Source of the DNA: Armatimonadota bacterium
GTDB lineage: Bacteria; Armatimonadota; Fimbriimonadia; Fimbriimonadales; Fimbriimonadaceae
DNA: 64,000 nt
Reading direction: 5' to 3'
Assembly: GCA_025360125.1 (NCBI GenBank)
Contig: JANYCU010000012.1
Span: 25,445 to 89,444 of the forward strand
The position numbers were made by a program, and so were the translations under genes. Position 1 is the first letter of the stretch; each line of letters begins with the position of its first letter. Positions 1 through 9,980 of this stretch are shown piece by piece. Under the pieces are notes generated by a model. It was not told where the DNA came from and did no database searches. It was given only the letters and a program-made list of their open reading frames with translations.

Positions 1-1
1 T

Positions 2-736
2 GGCGCTCCGCTCCACATTGTTCATGTCCCCAGCATGGCTCTTGGCAATACGTCGAAAGCGCTTGCAATGATTGAAAAGGCACAAAAGGCAATGGCAAAA
101 GGAGGCTTCCCGCCGCTTACCTGCGACTTCTATCCCTACACCGCGTTCGGAACGGGCATCAGCTCCGAGGTGTTTGCCGAAGGGTGGCAGCATCGTTTTG
201 GCATCGATTACAAAGACCTGGAATATGCCCCAACACACGAAAGGCTGACGGCTGAATCCTTTGAGCGGTACCGCAAAGACGGTGGAATGGTGATTGCTCA
301 TGCCATACCAGAAGCCGCGGTTCAGGCCGCGATAAAGAGTCCCGCAACTATGATTGGCAGCGACGGCGGACTGACCAAAGGGGTTGGACATCCCCGCTCG
401 GCGGGTACGTTTTGCCGAGTATTGGGGCATTACTCGCGCGATCTTCAATTGATTTCCCTTCCTGATGCCATTCGTAAAATGACCATCATGCAAGCGAAGC
501 GAATGGAACATCGTTGTGCCGAATTCCGGCGAAAAGGACGAGTTCAGGTCGGTGCTCATGCGGATATCGTCGTTTTCGATCCGCATACAGTTGTCGACCG
601 AGCCACTTTCGATCAACCAGCAACCCAGTCGTTCGGAATGCACCACGTTTTCGTGAATGGTATTGCTGCGGTCAAGAATGGAATCATCACCGACCAAAAG
701 CCTGGAACTGGCCTGCGTGCCATGCACCGAATATGA
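2..736 (+). CDS. N-acyl-D-amino-acid deacylase (D-aminoacylase) family amidohydrolase, C-terminal part; 5' end lies outside the window
   Basis: Reading frame is open from the window edge. GSDGG...GHPRSAGTFCRVLGHY and HADIVVFDP motifs are typical of the D-aminoacylase C-terminal region. Confidence 0.8.
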   Translation, partial: GAPLHIVHVPSMALGNTSKALAMIEKAQKAMAKGGFPPLTCDFYPYTAFGTGISSEVFAEGWQHRFGIDYKDLEYAPTHERLTAESFERYRKDGGMVIAHAIPEAAVQAAIKSPATMIGSDGGLTKGVGHPRSAGTFCRVLGHYSRDLQLISLPDAIRKMTIMQAKRMEHRCAEFRRKGRVQVGAHADIVVFDPHTVVDRATFDQPATQSFGMHHVFVNGIAAVKNGIITDQKPGTGLRAMHRI

Positions 737-1041
737 GCTTCGAGTCACATAAAGAGGTTTTCGAATTCGTCAAGACAATTCCGGTCGGGAAAGTCATGAA
801 CTACGGCGCGATTGGTCGCTTTGTGGGAATGACTGGGCGTCAAGTTGGCTCAATCATGGGAATGAGCACTCCGGATATCCCCTGGTGGCGGGTGGTTGGG
901 CACGATGGTGCTTTTTCGATCGCCAAGAAAGACCCGAGGCTTGAAAAAGAACAACGGGACCGCCTTATGAATGAGGGGGTCCCGATTAAAGAGAATGGAA
1001 AGGTCAATATGATGCTGTCCTTGTGGGACGGCGATTTCTAG
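733..1041 (+). CDS. Alkyltransferase-like (ATL) protein: MGMT-family DNA-binding domain with Trp in place of the active-site Cys
   Basis: ATG at 733 overlaps the upstream stop (ATGA). MGMT helix-turn-helix region is present (VMNYGAIGRFVG...RQVGSIM). IPWWRVV replaces the canonical IPCHRVV. Confidence 0.75.
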   Translation: MSFESHKEVFEFVKTIPVGKVMNYGAIGRFVGMTGRQVGSIMGMSTPDIPWWRVVGHDGAFSIAKKDPRLEKEQRDRLMNEGVPIKENGKVNMMLSLWDGDF

Positions 1042-2090
1042 CGGATTGAGAATCCGAGTCCGCGGAGAATTGGGTTCAACTCACCGTCATTCGAACCAAT
1101 TTGAACGTAAGTTGCTTCAGACTGATGATCGATGACATAAAGTGTCGGATACTTCGATATTCCGAAAAGGGCAGAAACGGAATCTTTGGCAAGTTCAGCG
1201 TCTTCGATAACGGTGAAGTTCAATCGTCCTTTCATCATCTTTCGCCAATTCTTGGTTCGGGCAACCCCAACAACGGCTACATCTTTTGGACAATGTTTTG
1301 AAATTTCGTGAAGCTTTTGCAGCATTTCTCCGCAAGGGGCGTTCTTATCATCGAAGAACAAGACGACAGCATTTTGCTTTCCAGCCATCGCACCTTCGAG
1401 TAATTTCATTGATTCCATGTTGCTAATTGGCATTCGCTGGCCGACCTTCAACATTCCTCGTTCAACCACTTTTATTTCGCTGAGATTGTCATTGGGACGA
1501 AAACTGAACATGTCGTCGTCAATCGCAACATCCGTCTTCACATGCGAGAACTTCATGATCGTTTGCTTTTTGTTCTCACCCATGAACTCGGCAGCGACTG
1601 GCATCAGGGTTGTGGAGTCGACAAATACGGTGCTTCCACCAACCATGTATGAAACAACGCTCTTCCCTTCAATCATCATCATGTGCACGTTTCGTGGCTC
1701 GACCGATCGACTTGAGTTAGCGGTTTCTGATTTGAACTTTTCGACCAACGACTTGCCGTTGTTCAACGTAAATCCTTCAAAGCCGGGCAGGTATGGAAGT
1801 TCGAAAACGCGAACGTCGCGTACGGTATAGGTGCCTTTATCTCGGTCAATCGATGTTCGGAACACTCCATCACAGATCTCCGAATTTCGCTTGCTGAAGA
1901 CGGCCAAGTTGGCATCTTTCTTGAGGTGAAATTCGCCTCGGGCCATGCCCGGTCGACCTGGGTTAGTCTGGGTAAACGTGCCAACGACACTTTTTGCCCG
2001 GTCCAACATCATAAGGCTTTTGGCCAGCACATCGCTCGCCTGATCTCTCTGAATCGCGTTTGCCGCGATGAATAGTCCAATTGTTACCAT
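1038..2090 (-). CDS. Thioredoxin-fold protein with an N-terminal LolA-like/unknown domain (monothiol site)
   Basis: 350-aa ORF. C-terminal ~110 aa has a thioredoxin-like layout (VVLFFDDKNAPCGEM...KYPTLYVID) but CGEM instead of CxxC. The 3' end overlaps the convergent ATL gene by 4 nt. Confidence 0.7.
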   Translation of the reverse strand: MVTIGLFIAANAIQRDQASDVLAKSLMMLDRAKSVVGTFTQTNPGRPGMARGEFHLKKDANLAVFSKRNSEICDGVFRTSIDRDKGTYTVRDVRVFELPYLPGFEGFTLNNGKSLVEKFKSETANSSRSVEPRNVHMMMIEGKSVVSYMVGGSTVFVDSTTLMPVAAEFMGENKKQTIMKFSHVKTDVAIDDDMFSFRPNDNLSEIKVVERGMLKVGQRMPISNMESMKLLEGAMAGKQNAVVLFFDDKNAPCGEMLQKLHEISKHCPKDVAVVGVARTKNWRKMMKGRLNFTVIEDAELAKDSVSALFGISKYPTLYVIDHQSEATYVQIGSNDGELNPILRGLGFSIR

Positions 2091-2256
2091 TTCTCTTTTC
2101 CCGTTTGGGACCTCGTTAGCTCAACCATTGGCTTGCGCGTTTGCGCAACCATGATTGATCCAAAGTCTTTCTTGCAATTCGTATGCCAACTCGGATTTCT
2201 GAGTCAAATTAGGTTAAAAATTCGTTCAAATTGAAACAGACTTTTACGAAATGGCG

Positions 2257-2283
2257 TTAGCACTCTCTGGGGTACACTGCTAA
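2257..2283 (+). promoter_or_regulatory. CIRCE-like HrcA operator upstream of groES
   Basis: TTAGCACTC-N9-CACTGCTAA versus consensus TTAGCACTC-N9-GAGTGCTAA (2 mismatches in the right arm), about 70 nt upstream of the groES ATG. Confidence 0.6.
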
Positions 2284-2352
2284 AATCTGCCTTCAAGCTG
2301 TCCCATTGCGGATACTTTAAGGCGACCCCAATTTTCTTTTAAAGAGATAACT

Positions 2353-2643
2353 ATGAAGATCAAACCACTTCACGACCGAATTATCGTGAAAGCCGCCGAA
2401 AAAGAGCAGACGACTGCTGGTGGCATCATCCTTCCTGACACCGCCCAAGAAAAGCCTCAGCGAGGCGAAGTATTGGCAGTTGGCCCCGGCAAGACGCTCG
2501 ACAGCGGCACCGTAGCCTCAATCGACGTAAAAGTCGGCGACCACGTTTATTACGGCAAGTACAGCGGTACCGAAGTGAAAGTTGATGGCGATGAATACAT
2601 CATCCTTCGCGCTGACGACGTGCTGGCAGTGGTGGAGAAATAA
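2353..2643 (+). CDS. groES: Co-chaperonin GroES
   Basis: 96 aa, [13 protein letters not shown]...GGIILPD...VGD.V.Y.KY.GTEV, a canonical Cpn10. Confidence 0.97.
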   Translation: MKIKPLHDRIIVKAAEKEQTTAGGIILPDTAQEKPQRGEVLAVGPGKTLDSGTVASIDVKVGDHVYYGKYSGTEVKVDGDEYIILRADDVLAVVEK

Positions 2644-4257
<1,614 letters not shown>

Positions 4258-4281
4258 GAACGGTTGGTAAATGAAACAAAA

Positions 4282-4311
4282 AGCCCCATCGAATTTCGAT
4301 GGGGCTTTTTT
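4282..4311 (+). terminator. Rho-independent terminator after groEL
   Basis: AGCCCCATC-gaatttc-GATGGGGCT followed by TTTTTT. Confidence 0.85.
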
Positions 4312-4384
4312 GTCGCTAGAATGTAGCCAAAATTCAATTTCAATGCCACGCACAATTCATGAACGGTTTAGAATGGAATCTGGT

Positions 4385-5533
4385 ATGAAGGACTTGGCAA
4401 AATGGACAATTTTGGTCGTGGCTGTTCTGCCCACACAAGCATGCGGTCCCAAGAAGGCTCCGCTTGTTGATGACTCGCATTTTAATTCGGCCATGTATCA
4501 CTATGTAGACACAATATCGGACGCCTACTTGGCGGCGATGCTAGCTGAAGAAGAGCAAGCAGTCTCTCCCAATAAAATTCCATCCGAAAGCGCAAGAGAG
4601 CTTAATCGCCGGCTTGGGGCCCTGGAGCAATCCGAATCCTACTTGGCATCATCTCACTTCGCCGATCCGGTACGAGAGGGAGTGCGAAATCAACTGGTGA
4701 GTAGGTGGGCTAAGTCGGAGGCGAATTTTGAATATGTCAGAACTGCCCAACAGATAGCAATCAAGGACAAATCATGGTCCCAGGGTGCCAAAGAACAATT
4801 GAAGATGGCCCATGATGCCTTCAACCGAGAATCGATTGGATTGTTCCTTGAACCAGTTAAAGTCTTTGCGAAAACAAACCAGCAATTTCGGGAAGGATGC
4901 TCGCCAAGAAATTTTCTCTTTTTAGGATTCCAGCCCGAAATCGATTTCGGCCTGGGATTTATCAGTTTTAGCGACAAGTCCGATCTGACCTTCAGCATTT
5001 GCGAAAGGGGAACGCTCGTTGAATTTCTCGGATTCAAAACGGGGGATGTACTTCAGAGTTTTAATGGCGAGGCGATTTCAACTCTTTACGATTTGTACAA
5101 GGCATTCATCAAGAGTGCTGGCAAAAAGGCTTATGCGGGAGTAATTCGAGACGGCAAAGTGATCCGATTAGATTTCAAAGTTCCCGATGACATAAGGAAT
5201 CCAGATTTCCACCCAGCCACGACGGCTTCAACAAAAACCTTCATCCAATCACTTTGTGATAACAAACTATTGCGAACTTGGCTAACCGCCGACTTCAATG
5301 GGAAATTTACTAAAGAACGTGAAAAACAGATCGTAGATGAACTTCGGACGCTTGGGAAGCTAACTTCCATTAAGAGTGTGCATGCCAACATCGATTCGAA
5401 AATCCTTTATTTCGAATACGCGCTAACATTTGAACACGGAGCAACTCCTTTTGCCCTTTGGGTAGACCATAAAGGCTTAATCATCAGCTTCTCTTTTCAA
5501 AGCAATGAAAACATCCAAACGAAGAGTCCCTGA
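4385..5533 (+). CDS. Putative lipoprotein with a PDZ-like domain
   Basis: The ORF-track start at 4271 lies inside the groEL terminator. ATG 4385 gives MKDLAKWTILVVAVLPTQAC, a signal plus lipobox-like Cys. The GFKTGDVLQSFNGEAISTLYDLYKAF...VIRDGKVIRLDF segment resembles a PDZ domain. Confidence 0.65.
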   Translation: MKDLAKWTILVVAVLPTQACGPKKAPLVDDSHFNSAMYHYVDTISDAYLAAMLAEEEQAVSPNKIPSESARELNRRLGALEQSESYLASSHFADPVREGVRNQLVSRWAKSEANFEYVRTAQQIAIKDKSWSQGAKEQLKMAHDAFNRESIGLFLEPVKVFAKTNQQFREGCSPRNFLFLGFQPEIDFGLGFISFSDKSDLTFSICERGTLVEFLGFKTGDVLQSFNGEAISTLYDLYKAFIKSAGKKAYAGVIRDGKVIRLDFKVPDDIRNPDFHPATTASTKTFIQSLCDNKLLRTWLTADFNGKFTKEREKQIVDELRTLGKLTSIKSVHANIDSKILYFEYALTFEHGATPFALWVDHKGLIISFSFQSNENIQTKSP

Positions 5534-5736
5534 AGATTGATCCAGGGCTTTTTGTTAGGCAGGGAGTCGCTGAACTCAGCCACGCAGTCAATACGAATAA
5601 GGTCATCTGTGTTACCAAGCTCAATATTCCATACGCGCGGAGTGCCGTTTCTAACTTTGCCTCTGGCGCAACCATAGGACGGATCGTTTGGAACATGGAT
5701 TGCATTAGCCGAAGATTCCTCTGGATCGAAAACCAT
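5497..5736 (-). CDS. Hypothetical small protein (weak call)
   Basis: 79-aa ORF in an otherwise empty 273-bp gap with unremarkable amino-acid composition. It overlaps the convergent upstream gene by 37 nt. No recognisable motif. Confidence 0.3.
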   Translation of the reverse strand: MVFDPEESSANAIHVPNDPSYGCARGKVRNGTPRVWNIELGNTDDLIRIDCVAEFSDSLPNKKPWINLQGLFVWMFSLL

Positions 5737-5794
5737 TATTTCCGACTCAACTTCGTCTTGGCTAATTTCCCCTTTCTCCTGCTTCAGATTGACT

Positions 5795-5800
5795 TATAAT
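5795..5800 (+). promoter_or_regulatory. Candidate -10 box (TATAAT) placed for a leaderless transcript of the 5806 gene
   Basis: Perfect TATAAT ends 5 nt before the ATG at 5806. No Shine-Dalgarno in between. Confidence 0.35.
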
Positions 5801-5805
5801 AAGCT

Positions 5806-7062
5806 ATGAAACTCCGCACTTTGGCGTCCACTCATGGGCTATCCGTCCTCGCCTTAGCAATGCCTGCCTTGCCACGACACATTCCTGGTGATCGGCTGGT
5901 CGCGAATTTGACTCAGCGACTCAAGAGTGCGCCAAAGAGCGTCGAAATCTACTACCTGATTGGTCGCGCACACTACGCCACGTTCTCGAACACGGTCGAA
6001 TCCGAGTGGCTCAAGAAAGGCGAAGTTGAGTACTTCGATCAGGAGAATGGGTTGCCTAACCTCAGTGGGCATATATACCCGTGGGACAAAAAGACATTTG
6101 TCAAAGACACAGTCGATAATCGGCGACACGTCGAGGGTGCAATCCGAAACCTAAGAACCGCTCTCGACTTAATGGCACAAAAGTTCAATTCAACCCGAGC
6201 ACAGCCTAGCTCGGAACTAGCTCATCTCACCTTGGCATGCACGTTCGAATCAGCGGCTCTCCTTGCGGGAAAGGTAAACATCGGCGAACGATACAAAACA
6301 CTAACTACACCGAAGCAATGGCGTGAAATGGCCGCAAGCGAATACCTGTTAGCTTTCCAAAGAACGATTGCCACGGACTCCAAAATCGCGTACGAGCCAA
6401 TCTTTGGGCTAGAAGAATTGGTCTCATACGAGGCGGGTAAATCATTTTTGCGTCTCGCTCCCAAAGCTAATGAATCACCGAAGGTTCGGATCGCGATCAA
6501 GAAATTGGAGAAAGTGCCAAAGACAGGAATGGTCACTCCTCTCATCGTCGACCTTTCAGAAGGCAAGAGCTTGAACGACTTGCTAGAGCCGACAAACAAA
6601 GTTTCCTTTGACCTCGATGGCACCGCTCGCTCGCAATCCTACAGTTGGGTTAAACCATCCACAGCGTTCCTTGTCTGGGATCCAATGAACGATGGCAAAA
6701 TCACCTCGGGACGTCAACTCTTTGGCAACGCGACCTGGTGGATGCTGTGGGATAACGCTTACGCCGCGCTCGATGCCCTCGACGACAACCGCGACGGTTG
6801 GCTGTCGGGCAAAGAATTGAAAGGTCTCGCCCTTTGGTACGACCGGAATGGAAACGGCCGTTCGGACCCAGGTGAAGTAGTACCGATAGAAAAGACGCCC
6901 ATTCAGGCCCTGCGAACCCTTTTCGACGGACGAATTGGGGACTCGTATGTCAGCCGCAATGGAGTATTGCTGCGCAGTGGACAAACATTGCCGACGTACG
7001 ATTGGGTTACAACTTCCATTCAGCTGAAAGATGATCTCGGAAGTTCAGGCAAGAAGCTTTAG
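5806..7062 (+). CDS. Secreted protein with a C-terminal EF-hand-type calcium-binding module (paralog 1)
   Basis: Signal-like N-terminus. C-terminal FDLDG...LVWDP..GKITSGRQLFGN...DALDDNRDGWLSGKEL...DRNGNGRSDPGE contains two 12-residue EF-hand loops. Confidence 0.8.
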   Translation: MKLRTLASTHGLSVLALAMPALPRHIPGDRLVANLTQRLKSAPKSVEIYYLIGRAHYATFSNTVESEWLKKGEVEYFDQENGLPNLSGHIYPWDKKTFVKDTVDNRRHVEGAIRNLRTALDLMAQKFNSTRAQPSSELAHLTLACTFESAALLAGKVNIGERYKTLTTPKQWREMAASEYLLAFQRTIATDSKIAYEPIFGLEELVSYEAGKSFLRLAPKANESPKVRIAIKKLEKVPKTGMVTPLIVDLSEGKSLNDLLEPTNKVSFDLDGTARSQSYSWVKPSTAFLVWDPMNDGKITSGRQLFGNATWWMLWDNAYAALDALDDNRDGWLSGKELKGLALWYDRNGNGRSDPGEVVPIEKTPIQALRTLFDGRIGDSYVSRNGVLLRSGQTLPTYDWVTTSIQLKDDLGSSGKKL

Positions 7063-7155
7063 GAGCCCAAGGTTTTTACCGCGGGGCGAGGGATCCCGCA
7101 AATTGTGAATTGCGGTCCTCCCTGCTTCTTCCCCTTCCACCGCTTCTTTCTGCCC

Positions 7156-7161
7156 TATAAT
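7156..7161 (+). promoter_or_regulatory. Candidate -10 box (TATAAT) placed for a leaderless transcript of the 7170 gene
   Basis: Perfect TATAAT ends 8 nt before the ATG at 7170. No Shine-Dalgarno in between. Confidence 0.35.
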
Positions 7162-7169
7162 ATCCCTAC

Positions 7170-8399
7170 ATGAAACTACTCTTCGCCTCGGCGCTTACCG
7201 GAATGACACTTCTCGCTTTGGCAAAGCCGATGGCTCCCGGTCACATTCCCGGAGATCGCCTGGTGGCGAACTTGACTGCGCGCTTGCAAAAGGAACCGAA
7301 TAACCCGGCCATTTACTATCTGATCGGACGGGCGCACTATGCGATATTTTCGCGGGCCGTCGAATCGAGTTGGTCAAAAATGGGTGAAGTTGAAGTGTTT
7401 CAGCGTGAACCGGGCCTTCCCAGCCTATCCTCGATTAGTGGCAACATCTATCCTTGGGACAGTAAAACCGCGGTCAAAGACACTCCTACCAATCGGCGAC
7501 ACGTTACGGAGGCAATAAGGAATTTGCGTAAAGCCCTGGACCTGGCCGATCATCCGATCAATTCACAGCAACCAACAACCGATGTTGCCCTCGCCCATTT
7601 GACGTTGGGATGCGTTTTTGAGTGCGGCGCATTATTGGCACCCAATATTACGCTGGCTGATCCCTATAAAACCTTGACAAAAACCAATCAGTGGCGCTTG
7701 GCGGCCGCGAGCGAATACCTGTTGGCATACGAAGGGTCCATATCGGTTGATAGTAAGGAGGCGACAGAGCCGATGTTTGGCCTACAGACCTTGGTCGCGT
7801 ACGAATCTGGGGAGTCATTTCTACGAATATGTCCGAGTTCAAAAGAGTCGAAAAGTGTTCGAGATGGTGTCAGTAAGTTGAAGAGCCTTCCTCCTCCGAA
7901 CGCAATCACGCCATTGGTACTGGACCTAACTCAGAGAAAAAATCTGGACGATCTACTCCAACCTGCCACGAAAGTCAATTTTGACCTCGATGGTTCGGGG
8001 CGAGTTCAAACCTATGACTGGGTCAAACCGACGACAGCATTCTTAGTTTGGGACCCTGAACATGAAGGCAAAATCACCTCGGGCCGACAACTCTTTGGCA
8101 ATGCAACATGGTGGATGTTGTGGGACAACGCTTATGCGGCCCTCGACGCCCTGGACGATAATCGCGACGGTTGGCTATCGGGCAAAGAGCTCAGGGGTCT
8201 TGCCCTTTGGTACGACCGAAACGGAAACGGAAAGTCAGATCCCGGAGAAGTCATCCCCATCGAACAAGCTCAAATCACCGCACTAAATACCCACTCCGAT
8301 GGTCGAGATGGACTTTCGTTCTCCAGCAGCGAAGGGTTGAAGCTAAAGGACGGCCGAGTTCTGCCCACCTACGACTGGGTGACAAAAACCACCAAATAG
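7170..8399 (+). CDS. Secreted protein with a C-terminal EF-hand-type calcium-binding module (paralog 2)
   Basis: Collinear with the 5806 gene over its full length. It shares long identical blocks such as GKITSGRQLFGNATWWMLWDNAYAALDALDDNRDGWLSGKEL. Confidence 0.8.
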   Translation: MKLLFASALTGMTLLALAKPMAPGHIPGDRLVANLTARLQKEPNNPAIYYLIGRAHYAIFSRAVESSWSKMGEVEVFQREPGLPSLSSISGNIYPWDSKTAVKDTPTNRRHVTEAIRNLRKALDLADHPINSQQPTTDVALAHLTLGCVFECGALLAPNITLADPYKTLTKTNQWRLAAASEYLLAYEGSISVDSKEATEPMFGLQTLVAYESGESFLRICPSSKESKSVRDGVSKLKSLPPPNAITPLVLDLTQRKNLDDLLQPATKVNFDLDGSGRVQTYDWVKPTTAFLVWDPEHEGKITSGRQLFGNATWWMLWDNAYAALDALDDNRDGWLSGKELRGLALWYDRNGNGKSDPGEVIPIEQAQITALNTHSDGRDGLSFSSSEGLKLKDGRVLPTYDWVTKTTK

Positions 8400-8453
8400 T
8401 CATGAAAAAGCACGGTTACCAACGGGAGGCGACCGTGCTTCAGGATTCAATTT

Positions 8454-8480
8454 ACGCCCCGGAGATCAAACGGAGCGTGG
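8454..8480. repeat. Degenerate copy A of the intergenic hairpin repeat
   Basis: ACGCCCCGGAGATCAAACGGAGCGTGG aligns to copies B and C, but the stem is disrupted. Confidence 0.4.
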
Positions 8481-8544
8481 ATGGGATTGATTTCTGGAGG
8501 AAAATCTCACCTTCCAACTCTTTCTACGCCGAAAACGGAAGCGA

Positions 8545-8612
8545 AAAAGAGCCCCGTTGTTCAAGCGGGGCGGTGATTGTAGGAGATTCTTTCTGAGGGA
8601 AATGGTCTTCCT
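8545..8612. repeat. Copy B of the intergenic hairpin repeat (terminator-like on the minus strand)
   Basis: AAAAAGA-GCCCCG-ttgttcaag-CGGGGC-GGTGATTGTAGGAGA...GAGGGAAATGGTC. Read on the minus strand it is a GC stem followed by TCTTTTT. Confidence 0.6.
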
Positions 8613-8714
8613 AAATATTGAGACGTATCAAGTACCCCAGTAGTTCATCGGGAGTCGTATTTCGATGCGATTCTGGTCCATTTTGGGTTCTCCCCCATAA
8701 ACCTCAGGTTAGAC

Positions 8715-8790
8715 AAAAAAGAACGCCCCGGAGTTCAATCGGGGCGAGGTTATTGTAGGAGAACTAATTCAACAGAGGAATTGGTCCACT
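8715..8790. repeat. Copy C of the intergenic hairpin repeat (terminator-like on the minus strand)
   Basis: AAAAAAGAA-CGCCCCG-gagttcaat-CGGGGCG-AGGTTATTGTAGGAGA...GAGGAATTGGTC. Read on the minus strand it is a GC stem followed by TTCTTTTTT. Confidence 0.6.
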
Positions 8791-8906
8791 TATATAGAAG
8801 TCCTTACTTGAAAACCGTTTCATGGTTTCGAAAGAATTCATTGCTGAGCAATGGATTTGAGCCTAACTGGGAATTATTTAGACTAGATTCCTGTATATTG
8901 ACGTGT

Positions 8907-9980
8907 ATGAAGGTCTCACGCTTTTTGGCAATTTCGTCGCTCACTGTTCTGGCCGCACTTTCAACCGCTCAGGGACTTAACATTGGCGACAAGGCACCGA
9001 AACTGACCGTTACCAATTGGGTGAAGGGTAAGCCATTGTCGCTCGGAAACGGCCACGTCACGGTTGTTGAGTTTTGGGCAACTTGGTGCGGACCATGCAA
9101 AATGTCGATCCCACACCTGACGGAGCTGGCCCATAAATATAAAGGGAAAGTTGACTTTGTCGGAGTCAGTATTTCGGAGTTTAAGCCCGAGGACTACACG
9201 ACAAAGGTTCCGGCGTTCGTCAAGGAGTTTGGTGACAAAATGGACTACAACGTTGCGACCGAGGGGCCAAATAAATTTATGTCCACCAATTGGATGAAAG
9301 CAGCCAGTGAGGGCGGAATCCCCACCGCATTCCTTATCGATGGCTCGGGAAAAGTAGCCTGGATTGGGCACCCAATGGACGAAGAGTTCTCGGGTGTCAT
9401 TGACGCCGTTTTGGCTGGAAAAGCTGATCTCGCCGCCCTCCGCGATAAAAGATCTAAGGCAAAGGCCGAAGAAATGGCTCAACAAAAAGCAATGGAGAAA
9501 TTAAATCCAATTGTCGATGCCATTCGCGCCAAGAAATACGATGTGGCCGTTGAACAATGCGACAAGTTAGCCAAAAGTAATCCGGACCTTAAGTCAACAG
9601 TTTGCCAATACAAATTAATGGCAATGGCTCAAGGCAAACTTCCTGGCCTCAGCGAATATCTATCAAGTTTGGCCAGCGAACCGTTTGCAAAAGATCCAAT
9701 GCAATTGAATCAGATCATTTGGACGGTTATTGAATCTGACCTTGGACTTTCGCAGGAGACCTACGCTACTTGCGTGAATTTAGGCGAAAAAATGATGGCT
9801 CTTGATCCTAAAAGCGCGATGAATATGGATACCTTCGCCCTTGCCCTTTGGCGGGCAGGTGACAAAGCAAAAGCGCTCGCAACCCAAAAAATTGCGGTTG
9901 ATCTTGCGGTCAATGACAAAACTATCCCGGCCGATACGATCAAAGACTTGAAGGATCATTTGAAGCTCTTTGGCGGTTAG
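8907..9980 (+). CDS. TlpA-like periplasmic thiol:disulfide oxidoreductase with a C-terminal helical (TPR-like) extension
   Basis: ATG 8907 gives signal peptide MKVSRFLAISSLTVLAALSTAQG. FWATWCGPCKMSIPHL is a thioredoxin CxxC motif. A ~200-aa helical C-terminal region follows. Confidence 0.85.
   Translation: MKVSRFLAISSLTVLAALSTAQGLNIGDKAPKLTVTNWVKGKPLSLGNGHVTVVEFWATWCGPCKMSIPHLTELAHKYKGKVDFVGVSISEFKPEDYTTKVPAFVKEFGDKMDYNVATEGPNKFMSTNWMKAASEGGIPTAFLIDGSGKVAWIGHPMDEEFSGVIDAVLAGKADLAALRDKRSKAKAEEMAQQKAMEKLNPIVDAIRAKKYDVAVEQCDKLAKSNPDLKSTVCQYKLMAMAQGKLPGLSEYLSSLASEPFAKDPMQLNQIIWTVIESDLGLSQETYATCVNLGEKMMALDPKSAMNMDTFALALWRAGDKAKALATQKIAVDLAVNDKTIPADTIKDLKDHLKLFGG

Noticed and set aside
514-732. 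Upstream extension of the ATL gene (ORF-track start 514).
   Set aside because: It overlaps the 3' end of the aminoacylase gene in another frame and has Cys/Arg-rich nonsense composition. The MGMT-fold homology begins at ATG 733.
4271-4384. Upstream extension of the 4271-5533 ORF (MKQKAPSNFDGAF...).
   Set aside because: The extension is translated through the groEL terminator hairpin. ATG 4385 gives a proper lipoprotein-type signal peptide.
8400-8906. Possible small CRISPR array, given the repeated hairpin units in a long intergenic region.
   Set aside because: There are only three copies. They are imperfect, with unequal spacing (91 and 170 bp). The homology extends beyond the hairpin into the would-be spacers, and no cas genes are in the window.
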